Positions 62,795 to 64,000 of a DNA stretch of 64,000 nucleotides are shown here, piece by piece. The first letter of the stretch is position 1. Every line of letters begins with the position of its first letter. The position numbers and the translations under genes were made by a program. The stretch comes from Oikopleura dioica (lineage: Eukaryota; Animalia; Chordata). The stretch is taken from assembly GCA_907165135.1 (NCBI GenBank), contig OU015568.1, positions 11,594,001 through 11,658,000 on the forward strand. Direction: 5' to 3'. A model generated the notes under the pieces. It did not search any database. It was not told the DNA's origin and worked only from the letters and a program-made list of their open reading frames with translations.

Positions 62795-64000
62795 TCAATA
62801 AACTAAAAAAAAAAAGCCGCTCCTAGTAGCTTCTTCCGCATCTGGTCCAACGAACGCAAAGTTCATAAAGGGGAACAGGTCAATGTTTCCTCTTAGATCG
62901 ATCTTTTCCAAGAAACCGGATTTGTACAACTCCTCCAAATCTTTGTTATCAGCATCCGCGATTCTCGTTATTTCATTGTTCGAAAAATCAACGTCGCGGA
63001 GCTTTGGTTTTCCATAAAGTAAAGCCCTCGGGAAAGAGCTAAGATTATTTCTATGCATGTAAACGTGACGAAGGTAATCTCCGTAATCGGAAAAGTCATC
63101 AGCAATCTCGGGAATATCGTTGTAGCTGAAGTCGATAATACGAGAGTTAATGTTGACCAAATCAGTGGGAATCGACGTAAGCTTGTTTCGTCCGAATAAA
63201 ATGTGATTGAGGCTTTGATTATCTCAAAATTATATTCTAGGAGTTGATTCTATCTGAGTTGATACACGTGTAAATTTTGAAATCGTTCCTTTCGCATGCA
63301 AGTTCATCATTTGCAAGTTCGGTTAATCCATTTTCTTTGAAATTGATAAGTTTCAGAACGTCGCATTTTTCTGGTAAAAAGGTAGCGGGCAGACTTGTGA
63401 TTTGATTTCTTGCAAGATTTAGTTTTTCCAATAAGGGCATCTTCACAGCAAGATTTTCACTGCCTGATAGCTTTATTTTGTTTCCACTCAACTCGGCTCG
63501 TCGAAGATTCGGGTATTTCTTCGTCGGAAATCTTTCGAGAAGATTGTTGTCAACATTCAGTCCGACAAGGTTAGGAGCACCTTTGAATGATTCTTCGAAA
63601 TCGTCCTTTAGAAGATTATTTGAAAGATCGATGTTGTAAAGCGCAAACGGAAAGATATTGGGCGACATTTTAGAGATCCTGTTATTTTGGAGATGGAGGT
63701 ACTCCACGCTTCCAGGGAGGACAAGATCATTTTCATCGACTTCTTCAAGGTTGTTGAATGATAAACTTATATCGATCAGCTTGAAGAGGCTGCTCATATC
63801 TTGATTGATCTTCTTCAAATTATTGTGTGAGAGGTCGAGAACTTCAAGCTTGCCCAGGTTGTCAAAGATTCCTGACGGAAGAAAAGAAATCTGATTGAAG
63901 CTGAGGTCGATATTTGTCACCAAATCTGTTTTACGAAATAGTTCGACAGGGACAGTTTTCAGAAAATTGTTTGAAAAGTCAACGTAGATAAGCTTGTAGG
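62795..64000 (-). CDS. Extracellular-type leucine-rich repeat protein, 5' end beyond the window
   Basis: Repeated LxxLxLxxNxL motifs (IDLSFNQISFLP, LDLSHNNLKKI, LHLQNNRISKM, LNLARNQITSLP); LRRNT-like CVSTQI...SLNHILFGRNKLTSIP. Confidence 0.85.

Noticed and set aside
1-64000. tRNA, rRNA, snRNA or SL RNA genes
   Set aside because: I saw no recognisable cloverleaf, rRNA, U-snRNA or spliced-leader signature by eye. A tRNAscan-SE or Infernal run would be needed to exclude them.

Overview
Eukaryotic genomic DNA with very compact genes, 40-50 nt introns (some GC-AG or GA-AG) and short intergenic gaps. This architecture most resembles the larvacean tunicate Oikopleura (inference only). About 25 genes or gene fragments are visible. 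Recognisable ones are LRRC23, an EGR-like 3-finger C2H2 factor with a CRE-rich promoter, two ZP-domain proteins, GST-omega, NIBAN/FAM129, SNAPC4, a PAN/apple protein, uridine-cytidine kinase, RB1CC1/FIP200, a KCNQ channel, and kelch, vWA and LRR proteins. Three things stand out. (1) A 7.8-kb foldback element (46437-54265) that is almost entirely a palindrome, with TAGG..CCTA ends and an 8-bp target-site duplication. Each arm is built from a unique terminus, a 133-bp array and a 57-bp hairpin satellite. (2) A 1.36-kb hAT-like MITE (11950-13306), also with TAGG ends and an 8-bp TSD, carrying a related 56-bp hairpin satellite. (3) A ~1088-aa secreted protein with up to seven Cys-bounded, Trp-containing modules joined by Thr/Pro linkers, resembling tandem cellulose-binding modules. 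Exon structures and copy numbers were read by eye and are approximate.
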